In this document: positions 53,001 through 64,000 of the stretch, in pieces | Position numbering within the stretch: position 1 is the stretch's first letter | Layout of the letters: each line of letters begins with the position of its first letter | Notes under the pieces: generated by a model | The model's input: only the letters and a program-made list of their open reading frames with translations | Told to the model about the DNA's origin: nothing | The model's database searches: none | DNA from: Eimeria praecox | Taxonomy: Eukaryota | Length of the DNA: 64,000 nucleotides | Direction: 5' to 3' | Assembly (NCBI GenBank): GCA_963920595.1 | Contig: OY986950.1 | Coordinates: 4,836,001 to 4,900,000, forward strand | Translations under genes and position numbers: made by a program

Positions 53001-56000
53001 TGGGTTTGGGATGGTTGGATGTTTGTGGGGCTGCGAGTGTGATATGAGGGTGGGTTTGGGATGTATTTTAGCGTTTGTGCGTGTGCGCATATTCTGTACA
53101 TGTGTGTGGGTTGGTAGAATACGATAGTTGGTAGTGTTTGTGGGTGTGTTAGTTTGTGTGTATGCTGGGATGTGGGTGTTTTTGTTGCGGATTAGGGCGT
53201 TAAATGTGGGATGTGAAAATGTGCACGTGCGTGTGGAGTGGTTGACGTTGGTGTGGTTTTGGGGTGGTGGGCTTGTGCGCAGCGAGAGGCGGTGGATCGC
53301 GCTTGAAGATATGTTTGGGGCTGGCATGGCTGTATTGTGTATGTGGATGGGTTTGGGATGGGTGGAATGTTTGTGCGGCTGCGAGTGTGATATGAGGGTG
53401 GATTTGGGATGTATTTTAGCGTTCTTGTGTGTGCGCATATTCTGTACATGTGTGCGAGTTGGTAGAATATGATAGTTGGTAGTGTTTGTGGGTGTGTTAG
53501 TTTGTGTGTATGCTGGGATGTGGGTGTTTTTGTTGCGGATTCGGGCGTTAAATGTGGGATGTGAAAATGTACATGTGTGTGTGAATTGGCTGACACTGGT
53601 GTGATGTTGGAGGTGGTGTGCGTTTACAGCAGCAGGCGGTGGGTCGCGCTTGAAGATATGTTTGGGGCTGGCATGGTTGTATTGTGTATGTGGATGGGTT
53701 TGGGATGGTTGGATGTTTGTGGGGCTGTTAGTGTGATATGAGGGTGGGTTTGGGATGTATTTTAGCGTTTGTGCGTGTGCGCATATTCTGTACATGTGTG
53801 TGGGTTGGTAGAATATGATAGTTGGTAGTGTTTGTGGGTGTGTTAGTTTGTGTGTATGCTGGGATGTGGGTGTTTTTGTTGCGGATTCGGGCGTTAAATG
53901 TGAGATGTGAAAATGTACATGTGTGTGTGAATTGGCTGACACTGGTGTGATGTTGGAGATGGTGTGCGTTTACAGCAGCAGGCGGTGGGTCGCGCTTGAA
54001 GATATGTTTGGGGCTGGCATGGTTGTATTGTGTATGTGTATGGGTTTGGGATGGTTGGATGTTTGTGGGGCTGTTAGTGTGATATGAGGGTGGGTTTGGG
54101 ATGTATTTTAGCGTTTGTGCGTGTGCGCATATTCTGTACATGTGTGTGGGTTGGTAGAATACGATAGTTGGTAGTGTTTGTGGGTGTTAGTTTGTGTGTA
54201 TGCTGGGATGTGGGTGTTTTTGTTGCGGATTAGGGCGTTAAATGTGGGATGTGAAAATGTGCATGTGCGTGTGGAGTGGTTGACGTTGGTGTGGTTTTGG
54301 GGTGGTGGGCCTGTGCGCAGCGAGAGGCGGTGGGTCGCGCTTGAAGATATGTTTGGGGCTGGCATGGCTGTATTGTGTATGTGGATGGGTTTGGGATGGG
54401 TGGAATGTTTGTGCGGCTGCGAGTGTGATATGAGGGTGGATTTGGGATGTATTTTAGCGTTCTTGTGTGTGCGCATATTCTGTACATGTGTGCGAGTTGG
54501 TAGAATATGATAGTTGGTAGTGTTTGTGGGTGTGTTAGTTTGTGTGTATGCTGGGATGTGGGTGTTTTTGTTGCGGATTCGGGCGTTAAATGTGGGATGT
54601 GAAAATGTACATGTGTGTGTGAATTGGCTGACACTGGTGTGATGTTGGAGGTGGTGTGCGTTTACAGCAGCAGGCGGTGGGTCGCGCTTGAAGATATGTT
54701 TGGGGCTGGCATGGTTGTATTGTGTATGTGGATGGGTTTGGGATGGTTGGATGTTTGTGGGGCTGTTAGTGTGATATGAGGGTGGGTTTGGGATGTATTT
54801 TAGCGTTTGTGCGTGTGCGCATATTCTGTACATGTGTGTGGGTTGGTAGAATATGATAGTTGGTAGTGTTTGTGGGTGTGTTAGTTTGTGTGTATGCTGG
54901 GATGTGGGTGTTTTTGTTGCGGATTCGGGCGTTAAATGTGAGATGTGAAAATGTACATGTGTGTGTGAATTGGCTGACACTGGTGTGATGTTGGAGATGG
55001 TGTGCGTTTACAGCAGCAGGCGGTGGGTCGCGCTTGAAGATATGTTTGGGGCTGGCATGGTTGTATTGTGTATGTGTATGGGTTTGGGATGGTTGGATGT
55101 TTGTGGGGCTGTTAGTGTGATATGAGGGTGGGTTTGGGATGTATTTTAGCGTTTGTGCGTGTGCGCATATTCTGTACATGTGTGTGGGTTGGTAGAATAC
55201 GATAGTTGGTAGTGTTTGTGGGTGTTAGTTTGTGTGTATGCTGGGATGTGGGTGTTTTTGTTGCGGATTAGGGCGTTAAATGTGGGATGTGAAAATGTGC
55301 ATGTGCGTGTGGAGTGGTTGACGTTGGTGTGGTTTTGGGGTGGTGGGCCTGTGCGCAGCGAGAGGCGGTGGGTCGCGCTTGAAGATATGTTTGGGGCTGG
55401 CATGGCTGTATTGTGTATGTGGATGGGTTTGGGATGGGTGGAATGTTTGTGCGGCTGCGAGTGTGATATGAGGGTGGATTTGGGATGTATTTTAGCGTTT
55501 GTGCGTGTGCGCATATTCTGTACATGTGTGCGAGTTGGTAGAATATGATAGTTGGTAGTGTTTGTGGGTGTGTTAGTTTGTGTGTATGCTGGGATGTGGG
55601 TGTTTTTGTTGCGGATTCGGGCGTTAAATGTGGGATGTGAAAATGTACATGTGTGTGTGAATTGGCTGACACTGGTGTGATGTTGGAGGTGGTGTGCGTT
55701 TACAGCAGCAGGCGGTGGGTCGCGCTTGAAGATATTTTTGGGGCTGGCATGGCTGTATTGTGTATGTGGATGGGTTTGGGATGGGTGGAATGTTTGTGGG
55801 GCTGCGAGTGTGATATGAGGGTGGATTTGGGATGTATTTTAGCGTTTGCGCGTGTGCGCATATTCTGTACATGTGTGCGAGTTGGTAGAATACGATAGTT
55901 GGTAGTGTTTGTGGGTGTGTTAGTTTGTGTGTATGCTGGGATGTGGGTGTTTTTGTTGCGGATTCGGGCGTTAAATGTGGGATTTGAAAATGTACATGTG

Positions 56001-59000
56001 TGTGTGAATTGGCTGACACTGGTGTGATGTTGGAGGTGGTGTGCGTTGACAGGAGCAGGCGGTGGGTCGCGCTTGAAGATATGTTTGGGGCTGGCATGGT
56101 TGTATTGTGTATGTGGATGGGTTTGGGATGGTTGGATGTTTGTGGGGCTGCGAGTGTGATATGAGGGTGGATTTGGGATGTATTTTAGCGTTTGTGCGTG
56201 TGCGCATATTCTGTACATGTGTGTGGGTTGGTAGAATATGATAGTTGGTAGTGTTTGTGGGTGTGTTAGTTTGTGTGTATGCTGGGATGTGGGTGTTTTT
56301 GTTGCGGATTCGGGCGTTAAATGTGGGATGTGAAAATGTACATGTGTGTGTGAATTGGCTGACACTGGTGTGATGTTGGAGGTGGTGTGCGTTTACAGCA
56401 GCAGGCGGTGGGTCGCGCTTGAAGATATGTTTGGGGCTGGCATGGTTGTATTGTGTATGTGGATGGGTTTGGGATGGTTGGATGTTTGTGGGGCTGCGAG
56501 TGTGATATGAGGGTGGGTTTGGGATGTATTTTAGCGTTTGTGCGTGTGCGCATATTCTGTACATGTGTGTGGGTTGGTAGAATATGATAGTTGGTAGTGT
56601 TTGTGGGTGTGTTAGTTTGTGTGTATGCTGGGATGTGGGTGTTTTTGTTGCGGATTAGGGCGTTAAATGTGGGATGTGAAAATGTACATGTGTGTGTGAA
56701 TTGGCTGACACTGGTGTGATGTTGGAGGTGGTGTGCGTTTACAGCAGCAGGCGGTGGGTCGCGCTTGAAGATATTTTTGGGGATCGCATGGCTGTATTGT
56801 GTATGTGGATGGGTTTGGGATGGTTGGATGTTTGTGGGGCTGCGAGTGTGATATGAGGGTGGGTTTGGGATGTATTTTAGCGTTTGTGCGTGTGCGCATA
56901 TTCTGTACATGTGTGTGGGTTGGTAGAATATGATAGTTGGTAGTGTTTGTGGGTGTGTTAGTTTGTGTGTATGCTGGGATGTGGGTGTTTTTGTTGCGGA
57001 TTAGGGCGTTAAATGTGGGATGTGAAAATGTACATGTGTGTGTGAATTGGCTGACACTGGTGTGATGTTGGAGGTGGTGTGCGTTTACAGCAGCAGGCGG
57101 TGGGTCGCGCTTGAAGATATGTTTGGAGCTGGCATGGCTGTATTGTGTATGTGTATGGGTTTGGGATGGTTGGATGTTTGTGGGGCTGTTAGTGTGATAT
57201 GAGGGTGGGTTTGGGATGTATTTTAGCGTTTGTGCGTGTGCGCATATTCTGTACATGTGTGTGGGTTGGTAGAATACGATAGTTGGTAGTGTTTGTGGGT
57301 GTTAGTTTGTGTGTATGCTGGGATGTGGGTGTTTTTGTTGCGGATTCGGGCGTTAAATGTGGGATGTGAAAATGTGCATGTGCGTGTGGAGTGGTTGACG
57401 GTGTGGTTTTGGGGTGGTGGGCTTGTGCGCAGCGAGAGGCGGTGGGTCGCGCTTGAAGATATGTTTGGGGATCGCATGGCTGTATTGTGTATGTGGATGG
57501 GTTTGGGATGGGTGGAATGTTTGTGGGGCTGCGAGTGTGATATGAGGGTGGATTTGGGATGTATTTTAGCGTTTGCGCGTGTGCGCATATTCTGTACATG
57601 TGTGCGAGTTGGTAGAATACGATAGTTGGTAGTGTTTGTGGGTGTGTTAGTTTGTGTGTATGCTGGGATGTGGGTGTTTTTGTTGCGGATTCGGGCGTTA
57701 AATGTGGGATGTGAAAATGTACATGTGTGTGTGAATTGGCTGACACTGGTGTGATGTTGGAGGTGGTGTGCGTTTACAGCAGCAGGCGGTGGGTCGCGCT
57801 TGAAGATATGTTTGGGGCTGGCATGGTTGTATTGTGTATGTGGATGGGTTTGGGATGGTTGGATGTTTGTGGGGCTGCGAGTGTGATATGAGGGTGGGTT
57901 TGGGATGTATTTTAGCGTTTGTGCGTGTGCGCATATTCTGTACATGTGTGTGGGTTGGTAGAATATGATAGTTGGTAGTGTTTGTGGGTGTGTTAGTTTG
58001 TGTGTATTCTGGGGTGTGGGTGTTTTTGTTGCGGATTCGGGCGTTAAATGTGGGATGTGAAAATGTACATGTGTGTGTGAATTGGCTGCCACTGGTGTGA
58101 TGTTGGAGGTGGTGTGCGTTTACAGCAGCAGGCGGTGGGTCGCGCTTGAAGATATGTTTGGGGCTGGCATGGTTGTATTGTGTATGTGGATGGGTTTGGG
58201 ATGGTTGGATGTTTGTGGGGCTGTTAGTGTGATATGAGGGTGGGTTTGGGATGTATTTTAGCGTTTGTGCGTGTGCGCATATTCTGTACATGTGTGTGGG
58301 TTGGTAGAATACGATAGTTGGGAGTGTTTGTGGGTGTTAGTTTGTGTGTATGCTGGGATGTGGGTGTTTTTGTTGCGGATTCGGGCGTTAAATGTGGGAT
58401 GTGAAAATGTGCATGTGCGTGTGGAGTGGTTGACGTTGGTGTGGTTTTGGGGTGGTGGGCTTGTGCGCAGCGAGAGGCGGTGGGTCGGGCTTGAAGATAT
58501 GTTTGGGGCTGGCATGGCTGTATTGTGTATGTGGATGGGTTTGGGATGGGTGGAATGTTTGTGGGGCTGCGAGTGTGATATGAGGGTGGATTTGGGATGT
58601 ATTTTAGCGTTTGCGCGTGTGCGCATATTCTGTACATGTGTGCGAGTTGGTAGAATATGATAGTTGGTAGTGTTTGTGGGTGTGTTAGTTTGTGTGTATG
58701 CTGGGATGTGGGTGTTTTTGTTGCGGATTCGGGCGTTAAATGTGGGATGTGAAAATGTACATGTGTGTGTGAATTGGCTGCCACTGGTGTGATGTTGGAG
58801 GTGGTGTGCGTTTACAGCAGCAGGCCGTGGGTCGCGCTTGAAGATATGTTTGGGGCTGGCATGGCTGTATTGTGTATGTGGATGGGTTTGGGATGGTTGG
58901 ATGTTTGTGGGGCTGTTAGTGTGATATGAGGGTGGGTTTGGGATGTATTTTAGCGTTTGTGCGTGTGCGCATATTCTGTACATGTGTGTGGGTTGGTAGA

Positions 59001-62000
59001 ATATGATAGTTGGTAGTGTTTGTGGGTGTTAGTTTGTGTGTATGCTGGGATGTGGGTGTTTTTGTTGCGGATTCGGGCGTTAAATGTGGGATGTGAAAAT
59101 GTGCATGTGCGTGTGGAGTGGTTGACGGTGTGATTTTGGGGTGGTGGGCTTGTGCGCAGCGAGAGGCGGTGGGTCGCGCTTGAAGATATGTTTGGGGATC
59201 GCATGGCTGTATTGTGTATGTGGATGGGTTTGGGATGGGTGGAATGTTTGTGGGGCTGCGAGTGTGATATGAGGGTGGATTTGGGACGTATTTTAGCGTT
59301 TGCGCGTGTGCGCATATTCTGTACATGTGTGCGAGTTGGTAGAATACGATAGTTGGTAGTGTTTGTGGGTGTGTTAGTTTGTGTGTATGCTGGGATGTGG
59401 GTGTTTTTGTTGCGGATTCGGGCGTTAAATGTGGGATGTGAAAATGGACATGTGTGTGTGAATTGGCTGACACTGGTGTGATGTTGGAGGTGGTGTGCGT
59501 TTACAGCAGCAGGCGGTGGGTCGCGCTTGAAGATATGTTTGGGGCTGGCATGGTTGTATTGTGTATGTGGATGGGTTTGGGATGGTTGGATGTTTGTGGG
59601 GCTGCGAGTGTGATATGAGGGTGGATTTGGGATGTATTTTAGCGTTTGTGCGTGTGCGCATATTCTGTACATGTGTGTGGGTTGGTAGAATATGATAGTT
59701 GGTAGTGTTTGTGGGTGTGTTAGTTTGTGTGTATGCTGGGATGTGGGTGTTTTTGTTGCGGATTAGGGCGTTAAATGTGGAATGTGAAAATGTACATGTG
59801 TGTGTGAATTGGCTGACACTGGTGTGATGTTGGAGGTGGTGTGCGTTGACAGGAGCAGGCGGTGGGTCGCGCTTGAAGATATGTTTGGAGCTGGCATGGC
59901 TGTATTGTGTATGTGGATGGGTTTGGGATGGTTGGATGTTTGTGGGGCTGTTAGTGTGATATGAGGGTGGGTTTGGGATGTATTTTAGCGTTTGTGCGTG
60001 TGCGCATATTCTGTACATGTGTGTGGGTTGGTAGAATACGATAGTTGGGAGTGTTTGTGGGTGTTAGTTTGTGTGTATGCTGGGATGTGGGTGTTTTTGT
60101 TGCGGATTCGGGCGTTAAATGTGGGATGTGAAAATGTGCATGTGCGTGTGGAGTGGTTGACGGTGTGGTTTTGGGGTGGTGGGCTTGTGCGCAGCGAGAG
60201 GCGGTGGGTCGGGCTTGAAGATATGTTTGGGGCTGGCATGGCTGTATTGTGTATGTGGATGGGTTTGGGATGGGTGGAATGTTTGTGGGGCTGCGAGTGT
60301 GATATGAGGGTGGATTTGGGATGTATTTTAGCGTTTGCGCGTGTGCGCATATTCTGTACATGTGTGCGAGTTGGTAGAATATGATAGTTGGTAGTGTTTG
60401 TGGGTGTGTTAGTTTGTGTGTATGCTGGGATGTGGGTGTTTTTGTTGCGGATTCGGGCGTTAAATGTGGGATGTGAAAATGTACATGTGTGTGTGAATTG
60501 GCTGCCACTGGTGTGATGTTGGAGGTGGTGTGCGTTTACAGCAGCAGGCCGTGGGTCGCGCTTGAAGATATGTTTGGGGCTGGCATGGCTGTATTGTGTA
60601 TGTGTATGGGTTTGGGATGGTTGGATGTTTGTGGGGCTGTTAGTGTGATATGAGGGTGGGTTTGGGATGTATTTTAGCGTTTGTGCGTGTGCGCATATTC
60701 TGTACATGTGTGTGGGTTGGTAGAATATGATAGTTGGTAGTGTTTGTGGGTGTTAGTTTGTGTGTATGCTGGGATGTGGGTGTTTTTGTTGCGGATTCGG
60801 GCGTTAAATGTGGGATGTGAAAATGTGCATGTGCGTGTGGAGTGGTTGACGGTGTGATTTTGGGGTGGTGGGCTTGTGCGCAGCGAGAGGCGGTGGGTCG
60901 CGCTTGAAGATATGTTTGGGGATCGCATGGCTGTATTGTGTATGTGGATGGGTTTGGGATGGGTGGAATGTTTGTGGGGCTGCGAGTGTGATATGAGGGT
61001 GGATTTGGGACGTATTTTAGCGTTTGCGCGTGTGCGCATATTCTGTACATGTGTGCGAGTTGGTAGAATACGATAGTTGGTAGTGTTTGTGGGTGTGTTA
61101 GTTTGTGTGTATGCTGGGATGTGGGTGTTTTTGTTGCGGATTCGGGCGTTAAATGTGGGATGTGAAAATGGACATGTGTGTGTGAATTGGCTGACACTGG
61201 TGTGATGTTGGAGGTGGTGTGCGTTTACAGCAGCAGGCGGTGGGTCGCGCTTGAAGATATGTTTGGGGCTGGCATGGTTGTATTGTGTATGTGGATGGGT
61301 TTGGGATGGTTGGATGTTTGTGGGGCTGCGAGTGTGATATGAGGGTGGATTTGGGATGTATTTTAGCGTTTGTGCGTGTGCGCATATTCTGTACATGTGT
61401 GTGGGTTGGTAGAATATGATAGTTGGTAGTGTTTGTGGGTGTGTTAGTTTGTGTGTATGCTGGGATGTGGGTGTTTTTGTTGCGGATTAGGGCGTTAAAT
61501 GTGGAATGTGAAAATGTACATGTGTGTGTGAATTGGCTGACACTGGTGTGATGTTGGAGGTGGTGTGCGTTGACAGCAGCAGGCGGTGGGTCGCGCTTGA
61601 AGATATGTTTGGAGCTGGCATGGCTGTATTGTGTATGTGGATGGGTTTGGGATGGTTGGATGTTTGTGGGGCTGTTAGTGTGATATGAGGGTGGGTTTGG
61701 GATGTATTTTAGCGTTTGTGCGTGTGCGCATATTCTGTACATGTGTGTGGGTTGGTAGAATACGATAGTTGGGAGTGTTTGTGGGTGTTAGTTTGTGTGT
61801 ATGCTGGGATGTGGGTGTTTTTGTTGCGGATTCGGGCGTTAAATGTGGGATGTGAAAATGTGCATGTGCGTGTGGAGTGGTTGACGGTGTGGTTTTGGGG
61901 TGGTGGGCTTGTGCGCAGCGAGAGGCGGTGGGTCGGGCTTGAAGATATGTTTGGGGCTGGCATGGCTGTATTGTGTATGTGGATGGGTTTGGGATGGGTG

Positions 62001-64000
62001 GAATGTTTGTGGGGCTGCGAGTGTGATATGAGGGTGGATTTGGGATGTATTTTAGCGTTTGCGCGTGTGCGCATATTCTGTACATGTGTGCGAGTTGGTA
62101 GAATATGATAGTTGGTAGTGTTTGTGGGTGTGTTAGTTTGTGTGTATGCTGGGATGTGGGTGTTTTTGTTGCGGATTCGGGCGTTAAATGTGGGATGTGA
62201 AAATGTACATGTGTGTGTGAATTGGCTGCCACTGGTGTGATGTTGGAGGTGGTGTGCGTTTACAGCAGCAGGCCGTGGGTCGCGCTTGAAGATATGTTTG
62301 GGGCTGGCATGGCTGTATTGTGTATGTGGATGGGTTTGGGATGGTTGGATGTTTGTGGGGCTGTTAGTGTGATATGAGGGTGGGTGTGGGATGTATTTTA
62401 GCGTTTGTGCGTGTGCGCATATTCTGTACATGTGTGTGGGTTGGTAGAATACGATAGTTGGTAGTGTTTGTGGGTGTTAGTTTGTGTGTATGCTGGGATG
62501 TGGGTGTTTTTGTTGCGGATTCGGGCGTTAAATGTGGGATGTGAAAATGTGCATGTGCGTGTGGAGTGGTTGACGTTGGTGTGGTTTTGGGGTGGTGGGC
62601 TTGTGCGCAGCGAGAGGCGGTGGGTCGGGCTTGAAGATATGTTTGGGGCTGGCATGGCTGTATTGTGTATGTGGATGGGTTTGGGATGGGTGGAATGTTT
62701 GTGGGGCTGCGAGTGTGATATGAGGGTGGATTTGGGATGTATTTTAGCGTTTGCGCGTGTGCGCATATTCTGTACATGTGTGCGAGTTGGTAGAATATGA
62801 TAGTTGGTAGTGTTTGTGGGTGTGTTAGTTTGTGTGTATGCTGGGATGTGGGTGTTTTTGTTGCGGATTCGGGCGTTAAATGTGGGATGTGAAAATGTAC
62901 ATGTGTGTGTGAATTGGCTGCCACTGGTGTGATGTTGGAGGTGGTGTGCGTTTACAGCAGCAGGCCGTGGGTCGCGCTTGAAGATATGTTTGGGGCTGGC
63001 ATGGCTGTATTGTGTATGTGGATGGGTTTGGGATGGTTGGATGTTTGTGGGGCTGTTAGTGTGATATGAGGGTGGGTTTGGGATGTATTTTAGCGTTTGT
63101 GCGTGTGCGCATATTCTGTACATGTGTGTGGGTTGGTAGAATATGATAGTTGGTAGTGTTTGTGGGTGTGTTAGTTTGTGTGTATGCTGGGATGTGGGTG
63201 TTTTTGTTGCGGATTCGGGCGTTAAATGTGGGATGTGAAAATGTGCATGTGCGTGTGGAGTGGTTGACGTTGGTGTGGTTTTGGGGTGGTGGGCTTGTGC
63301 GCAGCGAGAGGCGGTGGGTCGCGCTTGAAGATATGTTTGGGGATCGCATGGCTGTATTGTGTATGTGGATGGGTTTGGGATGGGTGGAATGTTTGTGGGG
63401 CTGCGAGTGTGATATGAGGGTGGATTTGGGACGTATTTTAGCGTTTGCGCGTGTGCGCATATTCTGTACATGTGTGCGAGTTGGTAGAATACGATAGTTG
63501 GTAGTGTTTGTGGGTGTGTTAGTTTGTGTGTATGCTGGGATGTGGGTGTTTTTGTTGCGGATTCGGGCGTTAAATGTGGGATGTGAAAATGGACATGTGT
63601 GTGTGAATTGGCTGACACTGGTGTGATGTTGGAGGTGGTGTGCGTTTACAGCAGCAGGCGGTGGGTCGCGCTTGAAGATATGTTTGGGGCTGGCATGGTT
63701 GTATTGTGTATGTGGATGGGTTTGGGATGGTTGGATGTTTGTGGGGCTGCGAGTGTGATATGAGGGTGGATTTGGGATGTATTTTAGCGTTTGTGCGTGT
63801 GCGCATATTCTGTACATGTGTGTGGGTTGGTAGAATATGATAGTTGGTAGTGTTTGTGGGTGTGTTAGTTTGTGTGTATGCTGGGATGTGGGTGTTTTTG
63901 TTGCGGATTAGGGCGTTAAATGTGGAATGTGAAAATGTACATGTGTGTGTGAATTGGCTGACACTGGTGTGATGTTGGAGGTGGTGTGCGTTGACAGGAG
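14011..64000 (+). repeat. Tandem satellite array of ~346-bp monomers (343-348 bp), ~145 copies, two monomer types, higher-order structure; open at the right edge
   Basis: Anchors ttggtagaata(t/c)gatagttgg, ggcgttaaatgtgg and cttgaagatatgtttgg recur every ~346 bp, always in the same orientation, with no unique insertions seen. The ORF track repeats at offsets of 344-348, 692, 1038, 1724, 2078, 3115 and 8988 bp. Confidence 0.98.

Noticed and set aside
13833..63817. Hundreds of His/Thr/Pro-rich (minus) and Val/Gly/Trp-rich (plus) ORFs up to 418 aa
   Set aside because: Translations of the satellite. The CA-rich strand is stop-poor, all frames are similarly open, and the frame shifts with every 346-bp unit.
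14011..64000. CRISPR-like constant backbone plus variable block
   Set aside because: The variable block has only two homologous alleles, not unique spacers. The unit is 346 bp, there are no cas genes, and the context is eukaryotic.
14011..64000. Tandem RNA-gene array (5S rRNA, tRNA, snRNA)
   Set aside because: No recognisable 5S, tRNA or snRNA sequence, and the C-poor strand offers little Watson-Crick structure. A covariance-model search was not run.

Overview
Eukaryotic DNA with the signature of a coccidian (Eimeria-like) genome: CAG/CTG tracts, interstitial telomere-like AAACCCT heptamers and TGCATGCA palindromes. The window has three zones. (1) Positions 1-4.1 kb form a repeat-rich segment with a multi-exon minus-strand gene. 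Manual splicing gives an N-terminal poly-Q/A region, then an OSBP/ORP-type PH domain; the gene runs off the left edge. Two introns, and probably a third, carry inverted telomere-like arms beside the splice sites. (2) Positions ~4.1-13.7 kb are gene-poor, with one candidate signal-peptide plus TM first exon and some microsatellites. (3) From ~13.7/14.0 kb to the end is an uninterrupted head-to-tail satellite of a ~346-bp G+T-rich monomer, roughly 145 copies, continuing past the right edge. It is built from two monomer types (A/B) with shifting higher-order repeats (2-, 3-, 5-, 6-, 9- and ~26-27-mer), regionally confined variants, chimeric monomers and a decayed left border. ORFs in the array are translation artefacts. 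No RNA genes, CRISPR arrays or recognisable transposons were seen. All analysis was by eye.
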